A DNA stretch of 64,000 bases from an uncultured Gammaproteobacteria bacterium. Lineage in GTDB: Bacteria > Patescibacteriota > Microgenomatia > Levybacterales > GWA1-39-11. The position numbers and the translations under genes are program-made. The notes under the pieces were generated by a model. That model saw nothing but the letters and a program-made list of their open reading frames with translations. It was not told the origin of the DNA and made no database searches. Shown piece after piece: positions 18,424 through 27,979 of the stretch (position 1 is its first letter; the number at the start of each line of letters is the position of its first letter). Where the stretch lies: the NCBI GenBank assembly GCA_964627245.1, contig CAZVGS010000002.1, positions 26,923 to 90,922 of the forward strand, read 5' to 3'.

Positions 18424-20184
18424 ATGTGCGGAATATTCGGATTCGTATCAAGAATACCAAAAAATACCTCAACAATACTTGATGGACTTAAGGAACTCGA
18501 ATACCGCGGATATGACTCCTGGGGCGTTAGCGTAAAAGTTGGAACAAAAATTGAAGTGAATAAGCATACTGGCAAAATAGGAGATGCCAAGGTCAAACTC
18601 CCAAAAAGTAATTTAGGGATAGGACACACCAGATGGGCCACACATGGCGGTGTTACAACAAAAAATTCCCATCCTCATTTAGACTGTACAAAATCTATAT
18701 CCGTAGTTCATAATGGTATTGTTGAGAATTATCAAGATTTAAAGAAAAAACTCATAAAAAAAGGCCACAAATTTATTTCCGAAACTGACACAGAAGTTAT
18801 AGCTCATCTAATTGAGGACTATCTAAAAATTAATGGATTTGCGACTTCTGTTAAAAAAGCTTTTAACAGTCTCCGAGGTCTTAATGCAATTGTTGTTCTG
18901 AACGCAGTGTCTAAAGAAATAGTCGCTGCCAAGAATGGCTCTCCTCTTATAGTCGGAATCGAAAAGAATGGATATGTGGTAGCTTCAGATCTGTCACCCA
19001 TCCTTCAAACAACACAAAAAATTGTAATTTTAAAAGATTATGAAATGGCAATAATCGGAGATTCACTAAAACTTTTCACTCTGCCGTCAGGTAAAAGTAT
19101 TAAACCGGCAGTAGAAACAATTGATTGGAATATCGAAACAAGCACAAAAGGAAAGTTTGACCATTTCATGCTCAAAGAAATAAATGAACAATCAGCGGTT
19201 ATAAAAAACATTACCAACAACTGTTCCGAACAAATAGTTCAACTCTCAGGTCTTATCAAAAACGCGCGGGGTACTTTTTTTATTGCAGCAGGTACTGCAT
19301 ATAATGCAACATTGGGTGGTGTTTACCTTTTCTCAAGGGTAGCACGTAGGCATGTAAATACTGCTCTAGCTTCAGAGTTTAATTACCTTCTTGATTTTTT
19401 GACTCCCCAAAGTCTTATTATAGCCCTTTCTCAAAGCGGAGAAACAATTGATGTTATAGAACCTCTTAATGCGGCTAGGGGAAAAAGTGTATTTATTGCA
19501 AGCATTATCAATACTCTTGGTTCAACTCTATATAGAATGTCAGATTTCAAACTTCTGCTTGGCGCAGGACCCGAAAAAGCAGTTGCATCAACGAAAGCTT
19601 ATACTGCAAAGCTTACCGTATTGTTATTAACTGCATACAAACTCACAAATAAGCTTTCAGTTATTGAACCTTTAATTCTTAATGCTACAGACGAAATGAA
19701 AAAAATGACCGAAAAGAAATTTACTGAAAAGATAAAAAAAATTGCCAATACACTTTCAAAAAAAAGTCACATCTATACTCTTGGGAGAGGTGCCTCCTAC
19801 CCCACCGCTCTTGAAGCAGCGCTTAAGATTAAGGAAGTCAGCTATATCCCAACCGAGGGATTAGCGGGCGGGGAGCTTAAACACGGTACCATTGCGCTTA
19901 TCGAAAAAGAGGTACCGGTTATCATTTTTGCACCAAATGATGAAACATATGAAGCTATGATTTCAAATGCAACCGAAATAAAAGCAAGAGGCGGGATGAT
20001 AATAGGAGTAAGTTTTAAGAACTCTGAAATTTTTGATGAATATATTGAGGTAAAAGACTATGGTGATGCAACATTGCTTTTGCAAATAGTTCCAATGCAG
20101 CTTCTTGCTTATTTTTTAGCGATCAAATTAAAACTGGACCCTGATAAACCGAGGAATTTGGCAAAATCAGTCACTGTAAAGTAA
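18424..20184 (+). CDS. glmS: glutamine-fructose-6-phosphate aminotransferase
   Basis: MCGIFG, EYRGYDS, GHTRWATHG, PRNLAKSVTV. Confidence 0.98.
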   Translation: MCGIFGFVSRIPKNTSTILDGLKELEYRGYDSWGVSVKVGTKIEVNKHTGKIGDAKVKLPKSNLGIGHTRWATHGGVTTKNSHPHLDCTKSISVVHNGIVENYQDLKKKLIKKGHKFISETDTEVIAHLIEDYLKINGFATSVKKAFNSLRGLNAIVVLNAVSKEIVAAKNGSPLIVGIEKNGYVVASDLSPILQTTQKIVILKDYEMAIIGDSLKLFTLPSGKSIKPAVETIDWNIETSTKGKFDHFMLKEINEQSAVIKNITNNCSEQIVQLSGLIKNARGTFFIAAGTAYNATLGGVYLFSRVARRHVNTALASEFNYLLDFLTPQSLIIALSQSGETIDVIEPLNAARGKSVFIASIINTLGSTLYRMSDFKLLLGAGPEKAVASTKAYTAKLTVLLLTAYKLTNKLSVIEPLILNATDEMKKMTEKKFTEKIKKIANTLSKKSHIYTLGRGASYPTALEAALKIKEVSYIPTEGLAGGELKHGTIALIEKEVPVIIFAPNDETYEAMISNATEIKARGGMIIGVSFKNSEIFDEYIEVKDYGDATLLLQIVPMQLLAYFLAIKLKLDPDKPRNLAKSVTVK

Positions 20185-20190
20185 TTATTG

Positions 20191-20478
20191 CTAGACAAGA
20201 AAAGGATTTGTACCTGATGTCAACCTATCCTGACTTTTCCTTTCAAGAATAAGAACTTGCTGGCCTGTTTGAGGAGCTATTTCATGCCATATCTGCATTG
20301 CTTCATCAAATGTTTCGCCTTCGTACATAACAATTAAGTGTGAAGCGTAACGCTCGTTAATATCCCAAGCCGTAACCAAACCTATACTAAATCCGTTATT
20401 TTTACAACTCATTATATCCTGGACGGTCCTGGTTTGGGGTAGTTCGTCTTGGTGCTCCAATCTTACTTCTACCGACAT
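20191..20478 (-). CDS. hypothetical protein
   Basis: 95-aa ORF filling the glmS-valS gap, with AGGA and TATAAT upstream. Confidence 0.55.
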   Translation of the reverse strand: MSVEVRLEHQDELPQTRTVQDIMSCKNNGFSIGLVTAWDINERYASHLIVMYEGETFDEAMQIWHEIAPQTGQQVLILERKSQDRLTSGTNPFLV

Positions 20479-20514
20479 GAATTCCTAACTCTATTATAAA
20501 CCCTGCACGCAACC

Positions 20515-22644
20515 TTAGGATTTTCTCTGCAACGGCCAAGGAGCAATCATCAAGCTATCGTTAGAATCGGTAAGCTTTTTATAAATCTCATCAGTAACAT
20601 ATGGCATTATTGGATGCAGTAAGGAATCTAGAATTAAGAATAATGAATTAAGAACTACGAAACTGTTTTCATCAATTCTTCCTTTTACATCCTCAATATA
20701 TTTATCGGCAAACTCGTGCCAAACAAAATCATACAACCTTTCTGATGCTAAATTGAATTGATAATTATCCAAATGCTTTGATACCTCTGAGACCAACTCT
20801 GAGACCTTCTCAACCCACTCCCTATCGGTTTTATTTTTTGCAAAACTCTCCAATTCTTTGATTCCCAAACTTTTTTCTTTTTGCTCTTTAATTTTTTCTT
20901 TTTGTAGTTCTATAAATCTTGCCATATTCCATAATTTATTTGTAAATCTCCTTGCGGCTTCCAATTTTGTATAAGAAAGGCTCTGATCGTTTCCCGTAGA
21001 ATTACCATAAACCAATGCAAAGCGCACTGCATCAGCACCATACTGCTCGACCAACTCCAATGGATTTACAACATTTCCTTTTGACTTACTCATCTTTTTT
21101 CCAAGCGGATCATTTACAAGACCATGTAACACGACATTTTCGAATGGAACCCTGCCGGTTGCGTAAATACCCATCATCACCATTCTGGCAACCCACCATC
21201 TTAAAATGTCATATCCTGTTTCCATAACAGATGTCGGATAGAATGATTCAAAATCTGCTTCATTTGTTGTTTTAAGAGTTGCAAAAGGCCATTGACTTGA
21301 GGAGAACCACGTATCAAATGTGTCAGGGTCTTGAACCAACTCTTTTGAATCACAATTCGAACATTTTTCAGGACTTAAACCCGTAGTTACCGTCCAGTTC
21401 GAGCATTTTTCACAACTAAATGCAGGTATGCGAATTCCCCATACAACCTGTCTTGAGATATTCCAGTCACGGATATTTTCTAAAAACTGGAAATACACTT
21501 TTTCAAAGCTACTTGGAAAAATCTTGATATCTCCATTCTTAACCGCATAAATTGCTGGCTTTGCAAGCGGTTCCATTTTCAGAAACCACTGCTCTTTAGG
21601 AAGCGGTTCTAAAATATTTTTACATTTATAACAAAGAGAAACTCTATTCTGGTACTCCTCGTCAATTTTCTCAAGGAGCCCTTTTTCCTGCATCCGCTCA
21701 ACTATTGCGCGTCTTGCCTGCTTCACATAAAGTCCAGCAAACTCCCCAGCATGCTCATTCATTTTTCCGTCAAATCCGATAACTTGCTTTAGGGGAAGCC
21801 CGTGTCTTTTTGCAACCTCGAAATCATTGAAATCATGAGCAGGTGTTATTTTTACAACTCCGGTTCCAAATTCCATATCAACCATTTCATCAGCAACAAC
21901 TTTTATCGTTGCTTTTCCAAGTACTGTTTCAATTTCTAAATCTTTTCCAATGTATTCTTTGTATCGGTGATCATTCGGGTTAACAGCAACTGCAGTGTCT
22001 CCGAATTTTGTCTCAGGACGTGTCGTTGCCAAAACCAACGTCCCGTATTTTATATAATACAAAGGACTTTTTCTTTCTTCATGTATAACCTCCAAATCTG
22101 AAAAGGAGGTTCCGTCAAATGTACAATAGTTAACCAATCTCTCTGCTCTGTAAGCCAATCCATCATCGAAAAGTCTCTTGAAATTAGCATGAACAATTTC
22201 AACAATTTCAGGATCTATGGTCATTTTCTTCCGAGACCAGTCAAGAGAAAATCCCATTTTTCGCAACTGCCCCTCCATAATCGGCCTATTGCCCTTCACA
22301 AACTCCAGAATCATCTCATACAGCTCATCGCGCTTAAAATCAAACCTGGTCTTTCCTTCCGCTGCTAGCTTTTTCTCAAAAACAAATTGGGTTTCAAAAC
22401 CAGCATGATCCGCTCCTGGTAGCCAAAGAGTCCTATCTCCTTTCATGCGGTGGTAGCGGGCCAGAATGTCTTCAACCACATACATTGCATGCCCAAAATG
22501 AAGAGGCGCATTTGCATTCGGAGGAGGCAAAATAATTGAAAATGGCTTACCGTTTGGATTTACTTCAGGCTTGAAATACCCCTTCTCTTCCCACTCTTTA
22601 TAGAGATCCTCTTCTACATTTTTATGTTCATAGACTTTGTCCAT
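20515..22644 (-). CDS. valS: valine-tRNA ligase (short form)
   Basis: PPPNA...HFGH, TTRPET, DTWFSS, KMSKS; ends after the anticodon-binding domain. Confidence 0.97.
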   Translation of the reverse strand: MDKVYEHKNVEEDLYKEWEEKGYFKPEVNPNGKPFSIILPPPNANAPLHFGHAMYVVEDILARYHRMKGDRTLWLPGADHAGFETQFVFEKKLAAEGKTRFDFKRDELYEMILEFVKGNRPIMEGQLRKMGFSLDWSRKKMTIDPEIVEIVHANFKRLFDDGLAYRAERLVNYCTFDGTSFSDLEVIHEERKSPLYYIKYGTLVLATTRPETKFGDTAVAVNPNDHRYKEYIGKDLEIETVLGKATIKVVADEMVDMEFGTGVVKITPAHDFNDFEVAKRHGLPLKQVIGFDGKMNEHAGEFAGLYVKQARRAIVERMQEKGLLEKIDEEYQNRVSLCYKCKNILEPLPKEQWFLKMEPLAKPAIYAVKNGDIKIFPSSFEKVYFQFLENIRDWNISRQVVWGIRIPAFSCEKCSNWTVTTGLSPEKCSNCDSKELVQDPDTFDTWFSSSQWPFATLKTTNEADFESFYPTSVMETGYDILRWWVARMVMMGIYATGRVPFENVVLHGLVNDPLGKKMSKSKGNVVNPLELVEQYGADAVRFALVYGNSTGNDQSLSYTKLEAARRFTNKLWNMARFIELQKEKIKEQKEKSLGIKELESFAKNKTDREWVEKVSELVSEVSKHLDNYQFNLASERLYDFVWHEFADKYIEDVKGRIDENSFVVLNSLFLILDSLLHPIMPYVTDEIYKKLTDSNDSLMIAPWPLQRKS

Positions 22645-22755
22645 TGAGCATTGATTGTATCATGAGCCTCATTTGAGTTCAATTATATTGAACTATTATG
22701 ACACGTTGCACCGCTTTCTCAATTTTGTTACATTAAATAAAGAAGTTATTTTTAG

Positions 22756-23409
22756 ATGTCACAAGCTGAACTACCCTCATCAGTTTTGTTAGAATATAAG
22801 CCTTCTTCTCATGGAATAGGAACTCTCAAAATGTCGGCTGGAAATAAACCTGAAGTTATTGAATTGAAAACAAATAAAAGCAGGGCAGATACTAAAACTA
22901 CCAGAGTGCTTCACGTTAGAAAAAAACAAAATAACGAAAATCCTATAACAACAATAGCAATCACACCAGGAGAACGCCATGATCAATTTGTTATAAAGGA
23001 CAATGGAACTAACATTGCGCGCGTTGCACAAATTAACAATACTCATCTTTTATTTGGATTTGCTAACTTGGGAAATCGCGGTGGAAAAATATCGGGAAAG
23101 TTTGGATTTAATGGAGAAAGAATAGAAACCGAATCAAACCACTCGCAATTGCCTCTTGGTTTTTATGAAGACATCGCACCAGAACCCTGCCCAATAACAC
23201 CGCTTACCCCAGAACAAGCAGTCTGGCTTCCCGAACTGCCCGTATCACTTTCAACAGCCGACATAAATCAACTTAAAAAAACTATCGAACTGGCAAGTCA
23301 ATCAAAACCAATTCCGTATGAAGAAGCATTACGGCTGGCCCAGGTTTTTCACACTCTCTCACCAGCTACTGAATGTTTTGTGCAGGAGAGTTTGATCTTA
23401 GCCATTTAA
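22756..23409 (+). CDS. hypothetical protein
   Basis: 217-aa ORF with no recognisable motif. Confidence 0.55.
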   Translation: MSQAELPSSVLLEYKPSSHGIGTLKMSAGNKPEVIELKTNKSRADTKTTRVLHVRKKQNNENPITTIAITPGERHDQFVIKDNGTNIARVAQINNTHLLFGFANLGNRGGKISGKFGFNGERIETESNHSQLPLGFYEDIAPEPCPITPLTPEQAVWLPELPVSLSTADINQLKKTIELASQSKPIPYEEALRLAQVFHTLSPATECFVQESLILAI

Positions 23410-23452
23410 GGCTTTTCTTGTAGAATTTCTTTTTCAACTATATACTTTCCTT

Positions 23453-24715
23453 ATGCAGCGTTTTTCAGGGCTTGAGCTTCGAAAAATTTCCATAAATACC
23501 CTAATGCAATTTATTGTAAGACTTGTCGGGAGCATTTCTACTCTGCTTACTACTCTTTTGATAACCTACTTTTTAGGCCTTGATGCGGTTGGAAGTTTTA
23601 CGAAGGTAATTGCGTTTGTTAGCATATTTTATCTCCTAATAGATTTTGGCCTGAATTCAATAGTAATAAAACACTTTTACAAAACAGTTGAGGAGCAGCT
23701 CGGCAATCTTATTGTGCTGCGTCTTTTGATTACCGCTATCCTTCTACCGGTAATACTCGTCTTTTCCTTTTTGCTACCGCATAATGAGATCGCCGGCACC
23801 GGCTTTTCAGACGTTGAAAAAGGTGCAATATTGATCTATTCATTAACCCTGATTGCCCTTGCAATAAACAACACTCTTCAAGCGTTTTTGCAAAGAAAAT
23901 TAAATTATTCTCTGCTTGTTCTCCCAAGCTTGGCATCAAATGCAATTTTAATCGCTGTTGTTTTGTATGCCGTTTTTGTTGGTAACTTTTATCTTCTTGT
24001 GAGTGCTTATATTTTTTCCGGTACCCTAATGGCAATACTCTCCTATTTTCAAATTAAGAGTAAATTCAAAACCAAGTTAAAGCTCTCTAAATTTAGTTCA
24101 TTCTCAAAGCTTATACTTCTTTCTTCGTGGCCTCTTGGAGTAATGCTATTTATCAACTTACTCTATTCCCGAGCGGATATATTTATCCTGACATTTTTGA
24201 AATCCTCTTCTGATGTCGGCACTTATGGAATTTCTTACAGATTTTTTGAAATAGCACTTGCACTTCCAGCCTTTCTTGCAAACAGCACGTATCCGCTTTT
24301 GTTAAGAGCCTCCGAAAATAAAAAAGAATATTTGTCACTTTTTTTGAAATACCTGAAACTTTATATTTTACTTTCGATAGCTACTATGCTTTTAGTTTTG
24401 ATCTTTTCTCCACTTATAAAAACCTTAGGCATTCAATTCATTCACTCTATTCTGCCGTTACAGATTTTGGCAATCTCATTACCCTTCTTTTTTGGGACAA
24501 GTCTTTTGCAGTGGCACTTTTTGATAAAAGGCAAACTGACTTTTTTGCTTCCCCTTTATGCGTTTGCATTCTTAGTAAGCATTTTGCTTAATATTAAATT
24601 TATTCCAGATTTCTCATACATCGCCTCCGCATCTATTACTGTCTTCTCAGAAGCCCTGGTTTTTATTTTGATGCTGTGGTATTTTTATAAAAGTAAAAAA
24701 ACGCTAAGTAGTTAG
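23453..24715 (+). CDS. oligosaccharide flippase (Wzx/MOP family)
   Basis: About 12 TM helices, DFGL, D...L...VGTY motifs. Confidence 0.88.
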   Translation: MQRFSGLELRKISINTLMQFIVRLVGSISTLLTTLLITYFLGLDAVGSFTKVIAFVSIFYLLIDFGLNSIVIKHFYKTVEEQLGNLIVLRLLITAILLPVILVFSFLLPHNEIAGTGFSDVEKGAILIYSLTLIALAINNTLQAFLQRKLNYSLLVLPSLASNAILIAVVLYAVFVGNFYLLVSAYIFSGTLMAILSYFQIKSKFKTKLKLSKFSSFSKLILLSSWPLGVMLFINLLYSRADIFILTFLKSSSDVGTYGISYRFFEIALALPAFLANSTYPLLLRASENKKEYLSLFLKYLKLYILLSIATMLLVLIFSPLIKTLGIQFIHSILPLQILAISLPFFFGTSLLQWHFLIKGKLTFLLPLYAFAFLVSILLNIKFIPDFSYIASASITVFSEALVFILMLWYFYKSKKTLSS

Positions 24716-24804
24716 TTGAATTATCACAAGGGTTTTGAAAGTTAAACTGGCTTGAATTGACAATGTTTACTACTACAAGCATCGAAAAAAACTACAATCA
24801 TTAA

Positions 24805-25227
24805 ATGAAAAAGACTCTAAAATTGACTGTTCATGGAGATGGCGGATCGAGGGGAAACCCGGGCGAAGCAGCTTATGGCTTTGCTATCTTCGATGAAGAT
24901 AAAAACCTTGTTTACAAGGAAGGCAAGAGGCTTGGAATAGCAACAAATAATGTTGCTGAATACTCTGCTGTTGTGGAGTCCCTTAAATGGATTGCAAGAA
25001 ATGCCGGGGAAGTGAATACCATTGAGTTTTACCTTGACTCGATGCTTGTAGCTAGCCAAATGTCTGGCGAGTTCAAGGTTAAACACCCATCCATGAGAAA
25101 GCTTTATCTTGAAGCCAAGGGCATTGAAAAAAACATAGGTGCAAAAGTAGAATATTTCCAGGTTCCCAGAGCACAAAACAAAATTGCCGACAAGCTGGTT
25201 AATGAAGCTTTAGACTATCTCATCTAA
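24805..25227 (+). CDS. rnhA: ribonuclease HI family protein
   Basis: DGGSRGNPG, TNNVAEY, DS, NKIADKLVN. Confidence 0.92.
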   Translation: MKKTLKLTVHGDGGSRGNPGEAAYGFAIFDEDKNLVYKEGKRLGIATNNVAEYSAVVESLKWIARNAGEVNTIEFYLDSMLVASQMSGEFKVKHPSMRKLYLEAKGIEKNIGAKVEYFQVPRAQNKIADKLVNEALDYLI

Positions 25228-25285
25228 ATTCTTCAGCCTCAAACGATCTCGACAAATCATCCTCATTTCTACTACAATTAAGGGA

Positions 25286-27961
25286 ATGCCAAATATTTTA
25301 AGTATTGAAAAAGGAGAGAAACTGCTTCCTGTAATGTTGATCTTCGGATATGCACCTAACTTACGTGAAGAATTAGTGAAGCTAAATTCTAATAAATTTC
25401 GAATAATAATAGTCGGCACTAGAAAGCCCGGCTTTCTCGAAGAATACCCCGAGGTTTACTTTTTAACCTACAAAAATGCCAGAGTTCTATCAAAGCTTGA
25501 AGAAAAAGTGGACTACGCAATACTTTTTCTTTCCGACACCGATAGTGTAAAAAACATTGCACTTTTTACTGAAAAAGTAAGTAAGGATGGGTCTCAAACC
25601 TTGGCCGTTTTAGAACCAGCCTCCCTCTCTCAGGACCTTGACAACCTACAACTTGTGAAAAGTGTTTCGAATTTACGAGTGTGCGCTATTGGTGAAATAT
25701 TAACACCAAAAAGAAGACGTGAGTCTGATCTTTCGAAAATTATTGAGAATGCGATTTTAAACCAGGAAATAAAACTTTCTGAGAATACAAGTGATGAGGT
25801 TTTTTGTATAACTTTGGATGATGCCGCGACGGCGATCCAAAGACTTTTGTTTGGAAATTTTAGAAAGGATGTTTTTTACTACCTTTTCTACAGACATCCC
25901 GAAACTATTTTGGAAGCAACTCATCTGATTGCAAAAGCGGAGCCGGAAACTAAAATACTTTTTTCAGACGGAATTTCGGCAAAAGAAAAAAATGGAAGAG
26001 AAAACTTCCAAAAAATTATTCAGGAAAAAATCGGTATGGATGTTTCATACATTGACTCACTCGCCGGCTTTGAAAAAGAGATTGAACGTTTTTTTTCAGA
26101 GAAGAATAATTTTGAAGAAGCGGTAATCCAAAGAGGCAAAAGAAAAAAGAAAAGAGGAACAAACAACCCCGCTTATAAAGCTGTTAGACTTTCAGTAATA
26201 ATTTTTACTGCCGGTGCTTTTCTTTTTGTCTTTCTTAATTTTCTTTTCTTGGGACTTGGAATGCTTTATCTGAAACAATCAATTTCAAGTATCCAAAACG
26301 GAAAATTTGCCGAAGCAGCAGTAAGCGCTAAAAGATCAAACTTTTTCTTAACTGCTATTAAGCCAACTATCGAACTTACCTTTGACGCCATCTCATCAAT
26401 TGATAAGCAGGGTCAGACACAACAGACATACCGTCTGCTGAGAAAAGCAGGTGAACTCTCAGAGATAGGAGGAAGTACAATTTCAAACATCTTAAAATCA
26501 ACTTCAATTTCAGAATCACAATTATTATCTTCCATTGCAAACTTTACTTTTATCTACCAGGAAGGGGAGAGGATAAACTCAAAAACTCAAAATGCCTCTT
26601 TGTCTAAGGAACTTAAGATGACATATTCAAATTTCCTAAGTCTTTCGCAAGTTTTGCCTTTTGCCTTGGGCTTTGAAGGTGACAAAAATTACCTGATCCT
26701 TTTTCAAAACAATGAAGAATTAAGACCGACGGGAGGCTTCATCGGCTCGGTGGGGGATCTTACCATCAAGGAAGGTAAGGTCATGGAGTTTAAGATATTT
26801 GATGTTTATGATCTTGACGGTCAGCTCAAGAATCACGTTGAGCCCCCTTTTGCAGTAAGAAGATATCTTCAGCCTCATTTATATTTAAGAGACAGCAACT
26901 TTGGCCTAGACTTTCAGGAAACTGCGAGCAAATCGGCATTCATCTACAATCTTGAGACAGGCAAGGAACCTGTCGCTGTTATTGCAGTTAATCTCAATGT
27001 TCTAAAAGAAATTCTTAAAATTTCGGGCCCAATAAATATTCCGTCATATAACGTCACTGTAGACAATAATACAGTTTCCCAGTTTTTACAAAGTACTATT
27101 AAAGAGAACTTCTTTCCGGGATCGACTCAGAAGAAGGATGTCCTAAACAGCGTTTTTTCAAAACTTCTAGAAAAAGTCGAGCAGGACCCAAAATTTAACG
27201 TTTCACTCGCAAAGATTTTGCCCGAACTCTTGGAGAAGAAAGATATACTTGTCGCTTTTAGCGATAATTCCATTCAAAAAGTTTTTTCTGCTAACGGATA
27301 TGCGGGCTCCTACAATGACACAAGAATAATAAATAACAAGCAGATAAACGATTATTTGTATATAAATGAAGCAAATATCGGAGTTAATAAAGTTAATTCC
27401 TTAGTCTCAAGAACTATTCTTTACAGAGCTACAGTCGGGCAGGATAGCTTAGTAAGTGAAGCGACCTTGGTATTAACGAATGCCTCAAAGGCGGATGACT
27501 ATGTTTCATATCTGACATTTGTTTTGCCCGGGGGAAGTACTGTTAAAAAGATATTCATTGATGGAGCAGAGCAACCGTTATCAGCTGCCGTAACAGACCC
27601 TCAGATTTTTGACCTGGATAATTTTGTAGCACCTACTGGATTTGAAGTAGAGCAGTACTCAAAAGACGGACTTACTCATGTTTCATTTAAAGCAACAGCA
27701 GTAAAAAATAAAAAAACAGAAATAAAAATCCAGTACGAAAATGGCGCTGAAAAAAATCTTTCTAATATTTCAAAATACTCACTGCTTCTAATGAAGCAGC
27801 CGGGAATTGAACCCTTTAGTTTTCTGACTTCATTTGAGTATCCTGAAGGTTATTCACCGGTAGGGATTAGTGCGGACTCGTACGGAACCAACTTCCTGGA
27901 AAAGGGCTATACTATCAGTGATGACCTCCTTGAAGAATTTGAACTTCAAAAAAAACTATAA
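25286..27961 (+). CDS. DUF4012-type membrane protein with degenerate epimerase-like N-terminus
   Basis: YLILFQNNEELRPTGGFIGS, LRDSN and NIGVNK motifs after a single TM helix. Confidence 0.8.
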   Translation: MPNILSIEKGEKLLPVMLIFGYAPNLREELVKLNSNKFRIIIVGTRKPGFLEEYPEVYFLTYKNARVLSKLEEKVDYAILFLSDTDSVKNIALFTEKVSKDGSQTLAVLEPASLSQDLDNLQLVKSVSNLRVCAIGEILTPKRRRESDLSKIIENAILNQEIKLSENTSDEVFCITLDDAATAIQRLLFGNFRKDVFYYLFYRHPETILEATHLIAKAEPETKILFSDGISAKEKNGRENFQKIIQEKIGMDVSYIDSLAGFEKEIERFFSEKNNFEEAVIQRGKRKKKRGTNNPAYKAVRLSVIIFTAGAFLFVFLNFLFLGLGMLYLKQSISSIQNGKFAEAAVSAKRSNFFLTAIKPTIELTFDAISSIDKQGQTQQTYRLLRKAGELSEIGGSTISNILKSTSISESQLLSSIANFTFIYQEGERINSKTQNASLSKELKMTYSNFLSLSQVLPFALGFEGDKNYLILFQNNEELRPTGGFIGSVGDLTIKEGKVMEFKIFDVYDLDGQLKNHVEPPFAVRRYLQPHLYLRDSNFGLDFQETASKSAFIYNLETGKEPVAVIAVNLNVLKEILKISGPINIPSYNVTVDNNTVSQFLQSTIKENFFPGSTQKKDVLNSVFSKLLEKVEQDPKFNVSLAKILPELLEKKDILVAFSDNSIQKVFSANGYAGSYNDTRIINNKQINDYLYINEANIGVNKVNSLVSRTILYRATVGQDSLVSEATLVLTNASKADDYVSYLTFVLPGGSTVKKIFIDGAEQPLSAAVTDPQIFDLDNFVAPTGFEVEQYSKDGLTHVSFKATAVKNKKTEIKIQYENGAEKNLSNISKYSLLLMKQPGIEPFSFLTSFEYPEGYSPVGISADSYGTNFLEKGYTISDDLLEEFELQKKL

Positions 27962-27979
27962 GAAAAGTATAATACAATA

